A DNA stretch of 42,038 bases, from NCBI RefSeq assembly GCF_001194135.2, contig NC_068982.1, positions 12,310,631 through 12,352,668 on the forward strand, written 5' to 3'. The position numbers and the translations under genes were made by a program. The DNA is from Octopus bimaculoides (lineage: Eukaryota). Each line of letters starts with the position of its first letter. Position 1 is the first letter of the stretch. This document shows, piece after piece, positions 1-11,661 of the stretch. The notes beneath the pieces are model-generated. The model was given only the letters and a program-made list of their open reading frames with translations, did not search any database and was not told the origin of the DNA.

Positions 1-111
<111 letters not shown>

Positions 112-1360
112 CATATAATAAACATGACTCTTCAAAAGGTATTGAGATGATTTTTCAGCTTAATGTTGAATTGCTTTTCTTTGTAACTCTTTGTAAAAAC
201 AAATAATGTGTATATACATGTGTGTATACATTATATATATGTATATAGCATATATCATATATAGATATATGTATATAATATATTATACACCCATCCTTCC
301 CCCCACATCCTCCCATCACCCGCACATTTATAGCATGTGTGTGTGTGTGAGTTCTTCAGGTAAAGTAATTTGCAATAAAAGTCAAGGTAACAATCTGATA
401 ACTCCCTGAACAGTCTCAAAATGTATCCTCTGAAGACAGAAAATATGCTGTAATTATCTACCATCTTAAAAGGAAATCTATGAATGGTTTGTTATTTAGA
501 AAGCTTTCCATTGTTAACATTTGCCAACATTGTAACAAATTCACTGACAAGAAATGTTTATATTTACATCTACTAGAAAGAGAAGCATTCAATAATAATG
601 AGTATTTATAACTGAGATGAAAGATTGTTTTCATTTTATTTTCTCATTTGTAGTCTGTCTCACATATCTTTGGACTTATATCTTTATAGGTGTATATTTT
701 ACTTTGTTTAAAAACATAATTGTATATTTGCTATTCTGTCCTAGCTTAACCAACAATGAATTTAATTTCAATATCTATGTTTTTTGTTTTAGTTTTTGGT
801 ATCATAATAAAGCTTCATATCTTGAATTTAATTTTTGTTCATGTTGAATTGTTTAAAACATTTACATTTAATTATTTTTAATGATTTGATTTCATTTTCA
901 GTAATTAATCTAACCATATAGCACTAATAAATCCATATTTATTAAACCTACTTCAAACCTTCATTCAAAAAGTGTGAGCTTTTAATGAAATGTATCACAA
1001 ATTTTCTATTTAAAAATGCATTAAATTTTATTTTATTTGGTAATTTCAATACATTTTTCTAATGCTGAAAATCTAGAACTAATTAAAGAATTTTAGCTAT
1101 TAAAATCCAGTATTCTATTTAATTTTTTGCAAAAAAATCTCATTAAAAATTTGAATCACATGCTCTTTTTCAAATGTAACAGTATCTACACTGTATAGAA
1201 TTTGTTTAAGCATTAATTTAGAAGCAAACTAAATACATTGAAAATAAAAAGATTTTATGAAACAGTTTTCAATAAGCAAAATGTATCCAAGAAATTGAAA
1301 TGCATTTCCATCTAAGAATGTGTGTCATAATATAGCAATCACTCTCTCTTTTCTGTATAT

Positions 1361-1365
1361 ACACA

Positions 1366-1453
<88 letters not shown>
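1361..1453. repeat. (CA)n microsatellite
   Basis: About 45 uninterrupted CA units. Confidence 0.95.
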
Positions 1454-1455
<2 letters not shown>

Positions 1456-2174
1456 CATATATATACATACATACACATACATGTATGTACATATGTATAA
1501 ACAGACATATATTTACACACAAACACTTAATGTCTACATGTATACAATGACATACATGTGCATACATGTACATGCAATACAGAAATATGTACGTATCAGT
1601 ATATATTTACAAATCATTCAATTAATCATATTGTCTGATTGGCTGACTCACATCAAGATATCTACCAAATAAATAAGGTCATATTCTCAAAAAAAAAAAA
1701 AAAAACCCACAAAACAAAACAAAATAGGGTAAAAGAATAATAAAAAATAGACATTGAATATCACATTTCCTCATATTGTAACTTCCATTATTCATTATTA
1801 TTCATTTATTTATTTACTTTTTATTTATTCAGCATAAGGCTCACTTTTATCTCAACTTTTCTGCTGCTGCTGCTTGTGTTGTTGGTGGTGGTGGTGGTGG
1901 TGTTGTAAGTGTTGTTGTTAGTGATGGTGGGGGAGGTGGTACTATTACTACTACTGCTGCTACAGTTGGTGGCTTGAATTTTGAAGAGGAACTGATAAAA
2001 TTCTCCCTCTGCCATATTGTTGGTATTCATAATCAGTGTTCTTGAGTTTCTTCTGTGTTTATGCATGTTTGTGTACGTGTGTGTGTATATATATATATAT
2101 ATGTGTGTGCGTGTACAGATATATATATATATACATACATAGATACATACATAGATACATGCATACATACATAC

Positions 2175-2227
<53 letters not shown>

Positions 2228-2743
2228 NNNNNNNNNNNNNNNNNNNNNNNNNNNNNNNNNNNNNNNNNNNNNNNNNNNNNNNNNNNNNNNNNNNNNNNNN
2301 NNNNNNNNNNNNNNNNNNNNNNNNNNNNNNNNNNNNNNNNNNNNNNNNNNNNNNNNNNNNNNNNNNNNNNNNNNNNNNNNNNNNNNNNNNNNNNNNNNNN
2401 NNNNNNNNNNNNNNNNNNNNNNNNNNNNNNNNNNNNNNNNNNNNNNNNNNNNNNNNNNNNNNNNNNNNNNNNNNNNNNNNNNNNNNNNNNNNNNNNNNNN
2501 NNNNNNNNNNNNNNNNNNNNNNNNNNNNNNNNNNNNNNNNNNNNNNNNNNNNNNNNNNNNNNNNNNNNNNNNNNNNNNNNNNNNNNNNNNNNNNNNNNNN
2601 NNNNNNNNNNNNNNNNNNNNNNNNNNNNNNNNNNNNNNNNNNNNNNNNNNNNNNNNNNNNNNNNNNNNNNNNNNNNNNNNNNNNNNNNNNNNNNNNNNNN
2701 NNNNNNNNNNNNNNNNNNNNNNNNNNNNNNNNNNNNNNNNNNN
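2228..2743. other. Assembly gap (first of 10; others: 3300-3799, 5393-6070, 7678-7900, 12269-13095, 20206-20215, 21694-22520, 30016-30129, 33841-34245, 41523-41532)
   Basis: N runs, mostly abutting microsatellites or repeats. Confidence 0.99.
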
Positions 2744-2955
2744 CGAGCGTGGCCGTTTTCGTGCGGGTGACACGTAAAAGCACCCACTACACTCTCTGAG
2801 TGGTTGGCGTTAGGAAGGGCATCCAGCTGTAGAAACTCTGCCAAATTAGATTGGAGCCTGGTGTTGCCATCCGGTTTCACCAGTCCTCAGTCAAATCGTC
2901 CAACCCATGCTAGCATGGAAAGCGGACGTTAAACGATGATGATGATGATGATGAT
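2744..2955 (+). mobile_element. RTE-type LINE 3' tail or partner SINE ending in (GAT)n (family B)
   Basis: GGCGTTAGGAAGGGCATCCAGCTGTAGAAAC...GGACGTTAAACGATGATGAT; further copies at 15523, 19258 and 24152. Confidence 0.8.
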
Positions 2956-3116
2956 ACAAGGTGCAGGAATGGTTGTGTGAGCTTGCTTACCAACCACATG
3001 GTTCCAGGTTTAGTTTCACTGCATGGCACCTTGGGCAAGTGTCTGTCACTATAGCCTGGCGGCCAGCCAAAATCTTGCGAGTTGATTTGGTAGATGGACA
3101 CTGAAAGAAGCCTGTC

Positions 3117-3206
<90 letters not shown>

Positions 3207-3299
3207 GTGTGTATATGCTTGTTTGTCTGTGTTTGTCCCCCATACCCACAACATCACAACCAATGCTGGTGTATTTGTGTCCCCGTAACTTTGCTGTTT
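2956..3299 (+). mobile_element. tRNA-derived SINE, family A (truncated by gap)
   Basis: Head GCTTGCTTACCAACCACATGGTTCCAGGTT, body GGCACCTTGGGCAAGTGTC, central (TA)/(TG) tract. Confidence 0.85.
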
Positions 3300-4046
3300 N
3301 NNNNNNNNNNNNNNNNNNNNNNNNNNNNNNNNNNNNNNNNNNNNNNNNNNNNNNNNNNNNNNNNNNNNNNNNNNNNNNNNNNNNNNNNNNNNNNNNNNNN
3401 NNNNNNNNNNNNNNNNNNNNNNNNNNNNNNNNNNNNNNNNNNNNNNNNNNNNNNNNNNNNNNNNNNNNNNNNNNNNNNNNNNNNNNNNNNNNNNNNNNNN
3501 NNNNNNNNNNNNNNNNNNNNNNNNNNNNNNNNNNNNNNNNNNNNNNNNNNNNNNNNNNNNNNNNNNNNNNNNNNNNNNNNNNNNNNNNNNNNNNNNNNNN
3601 NNNNNNNNNNNNNNNNNNNNNNNNNNNNNNNNNNNNNNNNNNNNNNNNNNNNNNNNNNNNNNNNNNNNNNNNNNNNNNNNNNNNNNNNNNNNNNNNNNNN
3701 NNNNNNNNNNNNNNNNNNNNNNNNNNNNNNNNNNNNNNNNNNNNNNNNNNNNNNNNNNNNNNNNNNNNNNNNNNNNNNNNNNNNNNNNNNNNNNNNNNNA
3801 TTGTTGCTGTTATGCAAAAGTGTTGTAAGTCCAAAACGTTGCTTTTTCAGAAAACGAAAAAATAATTTCACCATTCCATAGCAAAACTGTTAAACTACAC
3901 TTTAAAATTTTTTTATATCTTGGCATCTGAAGCAGCTAGAGATATGATAGTTTGACTAAAAGAACCAGCTATTGCAAGCCAAAATAAATATTGAGCAAAA
4001 TGCATTTGGCCAAATTTGGACATACGACAGTTTAACATAATAACAA

Positions 4047-4082
<36 letters not shown>

Positions 4083-4317
4083 ATATATATATATCATATT
4101 CAACATACTCATTATTTAATGTACATGTTCTATGCTGTATATATATGTGTGTGTGAGTGTGCAAGTGTGTGTGTGTGTGTATGCATGTACATATAAGCAT
4201 ATGTGTGTATGTACATACATGTTTATGTATAGTGTATAACAGGGATTACAATCGAAGCTGTGTTCCCATGAAACAAATTTGGATATTCTCATCATCAATT
4301 GTATGTATACAAATGAA

Positions 4318-4479
4318 GATGTGGCTGTGTGGTAAGAAGCTTGCTTCCCAACCACATGGTTCCGGGTTCAGTCCCACTCTGTGGCATCTCAGGCAAGTGT
4401 CTTCTCCTATAGCCTTGAACTAACCAAAACCTTGTGAGTGGATTTGATAGATGGAAATTGAAAGAAGCCCGACACACAC

Positions 4480-4544
<65 letters not shown>

Positions 4545-4717
4545 TGTGTGTGTTAATTGCCTGTTTGTCCCCCTCCATCGCTTTGACAAAATGTGACTGA
4601 AAGAATAAGTAACAAACTTTTTAAAAAAATATCTGTGGGTCAATTTGTTCGACTAAATCCCTTCAAGCTGGTGCTCCAGCATGGCCACAATCAAATGACT
4701 GATAGAAGTCAAAGAAT
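4318..4717 (+). mobile_element. tRNA-derived SINE, family A
   Basis: A/B-box-like head (GTGTGGTAAG...GGTTCAGTCCC), central microsatellite, 3' GGTGCTCCAGCATGGCC..CAAATGACTGA. Confidence 0.9.
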
Positions 4718-4823
4718 AGCCTAAATATTTTATTCTTAAGAAGAAAACTATACATTTGAAGTTGAAATTTCTGGTCAAGTATATTAGTCTCAGATTATAT
4801 ATATATACTTATATATATATCAA

Positions 4824-5131
4824 CCCTTTAGCATTTAAACCAGCCAGAACATTCTGCTTGTTTTATGTTCAAACCAGCCAGATCTGGCCTCTTATACTTA
4901 TCCTAAAATGTCATTCTAAAAATAAACAATTACATCATTGAAATCTTGAAGCTGTGTGATAATGCAACAGACCCTTCCATGCAAGAATTGGCCTCATTAG
5001 TTATCAGAGGCATAAACACGGACAGAGAGGAAGAAGTGGTCAAGAAGAAGCGAAATAAATTATCAGACACACAATAAAACTTCACTGCCACCGCTGCTGA
5101 CATTTGACAAAATAGTCTAAATACCAAAAGG
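4824..5131 (+). mobile_element. piggyBac-like MITE (family P2) carrying a LINE insertion
   Basis: Ends TCAA|CCCTTTAGC ... AAAAGG|TTAA; homologous to 27735-27955, with about 130 bp extra inside. Confidence 0.7.
4966..5070 (+). pseudogene. RTE-clade LINE ORF C-terminal remnant
   Basis: Translates RPFHARIGLISYQRHKH..., resembling the RTE/Bov-B C-terminal 'RIGL.SH.R.H' motif. Confidence 0.55.
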
Positions 5132-5192
5132 TTAAACAGAGACTGAAATGAAATTTATGATATTATTTTAAAATAAAAATAATTGCTTAAGC

Positions 5193-5361
5193 AGGCGCAG
5201 GGGTGGCCGTGTGGTAAGTGGCTTGCTTACCAACCACATGGTTCCAGGTTCAGTCCCACTGCGTGGCACCTTGGGCAAGTGTCTTCTGCTATAGCCTCGG
5301 GTTGACCAAAGCCTTGTGAGTGGATTTGGTAGACGGAAACTGAAAGAAGCCCGTTGTATAT

Positions 5362-5392
<31 letters not shown>

Positions 5393-6414
5393 NNNNNNNN
5401 NNNNNNNNNNNNNNNNNNNNNNNNNNNNNNNNNNNNNNNNNNNNNNNNNNNNNNNNNNNNNNNNNNNNNNNNNNNNNNNNNNNNNNNNNNNNNNNNNNNN
5501 NNNNNNNNNNNNNNNNNNNNNNNNNNNNNNNNNNNNNNNNNNNNNNNNNNNNNNNNNNNNNNNNNNNNNNNNNNNNNNNNNNNNNNNNNNNNNNNNNNNN
5601 NNNNNNNNNNNNNNNNNNNNNNNNNNNNNNNNNNNNNNNNNNNNNNNNNNNNNNNNNNNNNNNNNNNNNNNNNNNNNNNNNNNNNNNNNNNNNNNNNNNN
5701 NNNNNNNNNNNNNNNNNNNNNNNNNNNNNNNNNNNNNNNNNNNNNNNNNNNNNNNNNNNNNNNNNNNNNNNNNNNNNNNNNNNNNNNNNNNNNNNNNNNN
5801 NNNNNNNNNNNNNNNNNNNNNNNNNNNNNNNNNNNNNNNNNNNNNNNNNNNNNNNNNNNNNNNNNNNNNNNNNNNNNNNNNNNNNNNNNNNNNNNNNNNN
5901 NNNNNNNNNNNNNNNNNNNNNNNNNNNNNNNNNNNNNNNNNNNNNNNNNNNNNNNNNNNNNNNNNNNNNNNNNNNNNNNNNNNNNNNNNNNNNNNNNNNN
6001 NNNNNNNNNNNNNNNNNNNNNNNNNNNNNNNNNNNNNNNNNNNNNNNNNNNNNNNNNNNNNNNNNNNNNNAAATATATAAATATATAAATATAAATATAT
6101 ATATATAAAGGCGACTCGAGTTTCAGGGCTATTTCCCTTCGTCATGGCCGGTATGACAGACTTTAACAGACTTTATACATATATATATATATATGTATGT
6201 GTGTGTATATGTTTGTGTGTCTGTGTTTTTCCCCCCAACATCGCTTGACAACTGATGCTGGTGTGTTTACGTCCCTGTAACTTAGCGGTTTTGCAAAGGT
6301 GACTGATAGAATAAGTACTAGGCTTACGAAGAAGAAGTCCTAGGGTCGATTTGCTCAACTAAAGGTGGTGCTCCAGCATGGCCGCAGTCAAATGACTGAA
6401 ACAAGTAAAAGAGT
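5193..6414 (+). mobile_element. tRNA-derived SINE, family A (5' half and 3' half on either side of the gap)
   Basis: 5' half at 5193-5392, 3' half at 6174-6414 ending CAAGTAAAAGAG. Confidence 0.85.
6110..6149 (-). ncRNA. Minimal type I hammerhead ribozyme-like motif with a 1-nt core insertion
   Basis: Minus strand GGC-C(A)UGACGA-AGGG[AAAUAG]CCCU-GAAA-CUCGAG-UC-GCC: stems I and II, palindromic stem III and a GUC triplet. Confidence 0.6.
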
Positions 6415-6513
6415 ACTGTGAACTCCAGGTTTTGTTTTAATACATGTATATAACTTGGTAACAAAATATGCTTTCTTGAATACATCTAAGAAAATTGAAA
6501 CATGTCTCTTACT

Positions 6514-6671
6514 TACATTATTTACATTATTTACATTTGACGGATATTCGTCCTCATCTTGTTTGTTGTTAACACATCGTTGTGTTAACAACAAACAAGA
6601 TGAGGACGAATATCCGTCAAATGTAAATAATGTAAATAATGTAAATAATTCCTCATCTCTTAAATATAGAA
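6514..6671. mobile_element. Retroelement-derived insertion (probably Penelope-like) that is almost entirely a perfect palindrome
   Basis: 64-bp perfect arms (6513-6576 and 6581-6644), 4-nt loop; flanking 12-bp direct repeat ATGTCTCTTACT (6502-6513, 6672-6683). Penelope assignment is recalled, not verified. Confidence 0.7.
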
Positions 6672-7399
6672 ATGTCTCTTACTGTCATCAGTCAGCTTCA
6701 AAGACCAGATCCATTCCAATCTGTATTGCTTATAATGTCCCGTTTTTATCAGCTGATTTTATTGAAGTTATCTCCCCTGTTCCTTTTCTATTTTTCTGTG
6801 AATTCTTTGTCCCTTGTTTGCTCGGGAAAATTCAGTTTAGTAAAGCTTTCCAGGTCATTCTATTACATGGTTGAGATGTTACCATATTTGCATTTAGTAC
6901 GCAGAATGCTTCCCTGAAGTATTTCCTTCAAACCATATTATTTACAGAATCTATGTTTAATAGATAACAGGCTTATTATCAATCATTATTCATAGGAAAC
7001 AGCTCCAACGAGAAATACATACTTGTGATCAGCTGATTCAAGTTAGAATAGCTATAGAACTGAAGAAGAAGAATCAAAGGTGCCTAAGCATGGAAATTTA
7101 GACGTGTATCTTATTTGGAAGAAAAGATAAGCCCTATTGATTTTTAAGATAAATATTCAAATGAAAATGACTTTGATCAACATCTTTCAATCAGATGCTA
7201 TAAGATACCATTTCTGTGTCTTGTCCACAGTCATGATATCGGCAGCATAGAAACATTGACGAAAGGAATATAAATAACTAAATATCTTAAAAGGGAAACT
7301 AATTGTGAGATCGTTTAAATACATGGCTCTTAATTAATGATGATTTCATTTGAGGTGCTAGTCTGGGTGTCAGTTGCTATGATTTATTTTATGGCTAGA

Positions 7400-7990
7400 A
7401 TCGTCATCATCATCACCATCATCGTCGTCGTCATCATCATCATTGTTGTCATCATCATCATTGTTGTCATCATCATCACCACCAACCACTATTGTTACTG
7501 CTGCTGTTGCTACCACTGTTTTGCAGATAACAAGTCACCACTACTGTCACCACCACCGCTGCCACCACCACCACCACCACCACCACCACCATTCACTGCT
7601 GTTGCTAGTACCACTGCTACAGCAGCCCCCACTATCATCATTGCTGTTGCCACCACCACCACCACCACCACCACCATNNNNNNNNNNNNNNNNNNNNNNN
7701 NNNNNNNNNNNNNNNNNNNNNNNNNNNNNNNNNNNNNNNNNNNNNNNNNNNNNNNNNNNNNNNNNNNNNNNNNNNNNNNNNNNNNNNNNNNNNNNNNNNN
7801 NNNNNNNNNNNNNNNNNNNNNNNNNNNNNNNNNNNNNNNNNNNNNNNNNNNNNNNNNNNNNNNNNNNNNNNNNNNNNNNNNNNNNNNNNNNNNNNNNNNN
7901 CACCATTCACTGCTGTTGCTAGTACCACTGCTACAGCAGCCCCCACTATCATCATTGCTGTTGCCACCACCACCACCACCACCACCACCA
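7400..7990. repeat. (CAT)n/(CAC)n compound triplet repeat region
   Basis: Visible triplet runs; 7585-7677 is duplicated across the gap at 7901-7990. Confidence 0.9.
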
Positions 7991-8264
7991 TTAGTAGCAG
8001 CAGTGTTTTAAGTTGTTTTACGATGCTAGCATAGACTGAATGAATCTTTTGGCTTTTATGCATCAGTCAGACAAAGTCAGTCTGTATCGATGAACTTTGG
8101 AATCCTCTCAGACAATTCATATTGATGCATCTGCAAGTCACTGAGTAAAAAAAAAACAAAAAAAAACTGAGGTAATAAGCAAACTAAGAATCTGCTGAAG
8201 TACTCAGAGTACAAGATAGCAATGTTAATGTGGTTGGTGTACTCAGCTGACCATCCACAACATA

Positions 8265-8475
8265 TTGATTTAAAATTTTGGCACAAGGCCAGCAATTTCA
8301 GGGAAGCAGGTAAGTCAGTTACATCAACCCCAGTGTACTTCTTTTATCGACCCCAAAAGATTGAAAGGCAAAATCAACTTTGGCAGGATTTGAACTCAAA
8401 GCATGAAGACAGATGAAATGCTGCTAGCTATTTTTGCCCATTGTACCAATGATTCTGCCATCTTGCTGCCTTATA
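8265..8475 (-). mobile_element. tRNA-derived SINE, family C (Deu/Nin-domain-like core)
   Basis: Reverse complement of the GAGTTCAAAT B-box and the GCCTTTCATCCTTTCGGGGTCGATAAA core. Confidence 0.85.
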
Positions 8476-8554
8476 CAACCCACAAGATATTGCCCTTTAT
8501 CTTAGTTTTCATCATTTCATCTGTGAAGATCAGCCTTTTAATATTTAACCTCAC

Positions 8555-9000
8555 TAAGGTGACGAGCTCGCAGAAACGTTAGCATGCTGGGCGAAATGCT
8601 TAGTGGCATTTCATCTGCCACTACGTTCTGAGTTCAAATTTCGCCAAGGTCGACTTTGCCTTTCATCCTTTCGGGGTTGATAAATTAAGTACCAGTTACG
8701 CACTGGGTTCGATGTAATCGACTTAATCCCTTTGTCTGTCCTTGTTTGTCCCCTCTATGTTTAGCCCCTTGTGGGCAATAAAGAAATAAGAAATGTTAGC
8801 ACGCCGGGCGAAATGCTTAGCGGTATTTCGTCTGTCTTTACATTCTGAGTTCAAATTCCGCTGAGGTCGACTTTGCCTGTCATCCTTCCGGGGTTGATAA
8901 ACTAAGTACCAGTTGCATACTGGGGATGATCTAATCGACTGTACCCCTCCCCCGAAATTTTGGGCCTTGTGCCAAGAGTAGAAAAGAATAATTAATCTCA
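8555..9000 (+). mobile_element. Two tandem family C SINEs (8555-8790, 8790-9000)
   Basis: Each has GGGCGAAATGCTTAG..GAGTTCAAATT..GGTCGACTTTGCCT.TCATCCTT.CGGGGTTGATAAA; different 3' tails. Confidence 0.9.
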
Positions 9001-9375
9001 CTAAGGAGATGAGCTTCTAGAATCATTAAACACGCTGGACATAATTGTATAATTTTTTTAAAAGATTTTTCAGATCCTCCATGATTAATGGGAAGAAAGG
9101 AAAGATGGAGTTATTCTCAGGCCAAACCCAAACCTGAATAATTTCAACAGATTGATTCCTGCTAAAGATACCCAAAGGCCAGGTAGTGGTATTAAAATAG
9201 AGGGTGGATTAAGGTTCCGTCTTTATGTTCTGAGTTCAAATTCTGCTGAAGTTGATTTTTACCTTTCATCCTTCAGGGGTTGATAACATAAGCACAAGTT
9301 TAGCATTGGGATCAATGTAACTGACTTACCCGCTCCCCCAAAATAGCTGGCCGTGTGCCAAAATTTGAAATCAAT
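9001..9375 (+). mobile_element. Family C SINE split by a 172-bp inverted-copy insertion
   Basis: Head at 9001-9045, body resumes at 9218 (CGTCTTTATGTTCTGAGTTCAAATT). Confidence 0.75.
9046..9217. repeat. Inverted repeat arm A (partner at 11662-11834)
   Basis: Manual alignment: about 9 differences in 172 bp against the reverse complement of 11662-11834. Confidence 0.9.
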
Positions 9376-9379
9376 ATTT

Positions 9380-10230
9380 GACATGTTTACTTCTTCTTCC
9401 ATTTCTTATGTGACATGTATCCTTCATTCACAACACACAACACCTTTTCACCAAGCACTCATCATCCATTCACATAATATGTCTTACAAGCATTGCAATC
9501 TCATCTGCATTCATTGGCTCATATTGGTAATTCTCATCTGTCCTTTCTTTCCTTCAGCTCACTGTCTTGTAAGAAAGCATTATACATGTAATGGAATATG
9601 CCAGCCTCTTTTTTACTCCAGAAACCACAGATGTTTCACATTCAATGTCTCACTTCTAGACAGAATCACATTGCTTACACATAATTCATACACAGAGAGA
9701 AAACTCTTGTTGCCAATGAATGCAAACAATTCTCTAACCTTTTTCCTCTCTATCCTTATTTTAGTTACGATGCCTTTTCTATAATGACCCTCACTTCACT
9801 TAGGACGCAAAAATTATTATCGCATCTAGTGAACCATCAAAACAGTTTATTAATTTGTCATCAAGGGAAATCGCCCTGCTAATTACTTTTTCGCATATTT
9901 ATTGCATTTGAAGACATTGTTCTCTTGCACCCTGTCTGAGATTCTATTGCTCACTCATTTTATGCAGAATTAAGTTTCTGAACAACGCCCTGCCATTTCC
10001 CAGATGGTATTTGGAGTTTGAACTTGCTTTTATAGACTAATTTTCCATATGTAGAACATTTCTGCAACTCTTCAACAGATTCTGCTACATGATTAAGTTC
10101 TCAACACATAAGAGTCATTTTCCTAAGATGCCATGACTTTTACAATTCTGGTCATCATTCTCAATACTATCCATACCTTACATTCAACAAATATCTCATT
10201 TACTCCTTCCTGATTTTTTCTATTTTCACT
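9380..10230 (-). pseudogene. Degenerate RTE-clade LINE, RT to C-terminus
   Basis: Broken frames give VAESVEELQK (post-YADD), INCFDGSLD..IF (LEVVDSF-like) and SNVILSRSET (MLYGSETW-like) in the expected order. Confidence 0.65.
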
Positions 10231-10250
10231 TCCATTTGGAGCAGTACCAT

Positions 10251-10446
10251 TTTTGTTTTTTGAATGAACCGAGCAAAATCTCTCCAAACTGACAACAAAA
10301 TATTTAATTATTAGCAATGGAAGATTACCAAAAGCTAATCTTTATCTCCAACTTAACAGGGATATCCTGTTAGAACAACAAATACTGCATTATTAGCTTT
10401 GAGAAATCCTCCTTTTTAAGTGCTTGGTGCACAAAAGCACACACAT
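10251..10446. repeat. Inverted repeat arm B (partner at 11220-11412)
   Basis: GAGCAAAATCTCTCCAAACTGACAACAAAATATTTAATTATTAGCAATGGAAGATTACC... matches the reverse complement at 11220-11412. Confidence 0.9.
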
Positions 10447-10689
10447 CTCCAATGACATCTTAATTCAAACAAACACACTAATTCCTGATTCAAAATATTC
10501 CACCTCTTGATGCAGACCATTAATAAACCTCCCGATTAGCAACCCTTCATGTTTACTTCCTGCTTAGTCCCTTCATATCAGCTGCTTCTGATCCACTCTC
10601 TTCCACTCATACAAAGTTGCTGTTTGGCTCTATTATCCCTAATCATTGAACAATTCAACTCTTTATCTCTGGTCTCTATCTATAATTCT

Positions 10690-10850
10690 CATCCTTGACC
10701 TGCATTAAGTTGGTAGTAAAAGCTATCAACTGTTTTTAGGGAGCAACTTGGACATTTGAGACAATCTATCTCCTGAGTACTCTTGATATTTATTGCCTGA
10801 GTGCACCTGCTGTGTATAAAATCTACCTCCTTTGAGCATATACGTTTATA
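10690..10850 (-). pseudogene. Second RTE LINE fragment
   Basis: Translates CTQAINIKSTQEIDCLKCPSCSLKTVDSFYY, like the RTE 'L.C....LE.VDSFCYLG' region. Confidence 0.55.
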
Positions 10851-11076
10851 GGTGCAGGCATGGCTCAAGATATGGGTCTGGCTGTTTGATAAAATGATTG
10901 TGTTTGTGTCTATATATATGTGTGTGTATGTGAGTAGTATCAGTTGGTTACTTTTTTTTTTTTATTAAAGAGAGCCTGATACTCTAATCAAAAGAAATCA
11001 TTATTTACTAAATAATTACACCTTCCAAAGTTCAATGAAATACAATTTTTGTTTGTTTAGAAATTTAATAAATATT

Positions 11077-11335
11077 TTGTTAATCTTTATATCCACCTTA
11101 ATGCGGATGCCTTGTTATAACACTAAACACTGCATTATAAACCTTGAGAGATCCCCTTTTATAGGCACTTGGTGCATAAAAGCACACACATAAATCATCA
11201 TTCTTGTCTGCTGCGATCTATGTGTGTGCTTTTGTGCACCAAGCACTTAAAAAAGAGGATTTCTCCAGGCTAATAATGCAATATTTGTTGTTCTAACAAG
11301 ATATCCATGCTAAGTTGGATATAAAGATTAGCTTT
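11077..11335. repeat. Fold-back element with about 115-bp imperfect arms and a 26-nt loop
   Basis: GCATAAAAGCACACACATA / TATGTGTGTGCTTTTGTGC pair around a loop at 11193-11218; similarity extends outward. Confidence 0.75.
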
Positions 11336-11661
11336 TGGTAATCTTCCATTGCTAATAATTAAATATTTTGTTGTCAGTTTGGAGAGATTTTGCTCAGTTC
11401 AGTCAAAAGAAAAAAAAAACCCCTCCAAAATACACATAACACAAAGAGAACTCAAGTTCATTTACCTGATTAACAAATATTTAATTGATCAGCAAGCTCA
11501 TAGAAAATAACTAATTAAATAAACATGAAACTTCTAGATCCTGCAACTGTATGATGTGGGATTTGATCCTCCTCCACAGAATCTTGGAGAAGTATCATCT
11601 GGCATTGTGATGGGTAGATCAAAGGTGTATGATCCCATTGGCATCTTTGTTCTTTTAGTGA

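Noticed and set aside
4318-4380. tRNA-like heads (also near 5193, 8555, 20808, 21122, 28205)
   Set aside because: They run into SINE bodies and lack a complete cloverleaf, so they are not tRNA genes.
7585-7990. Duplicated Pro/Thr-rich 'formin-like' segment
   Set aside because: (CAC)n-derived low complexity duplicated across a gap; likely an assembly artefact, with no domain homology.
8077-8150. Strong minus-strand acceptor-like site followed by DLQMHQYELSERIPKFIDTD*
   Set aside because: The polypyrimidine tract is just a poly-T run; short unrecognised peptide with no linked exons.
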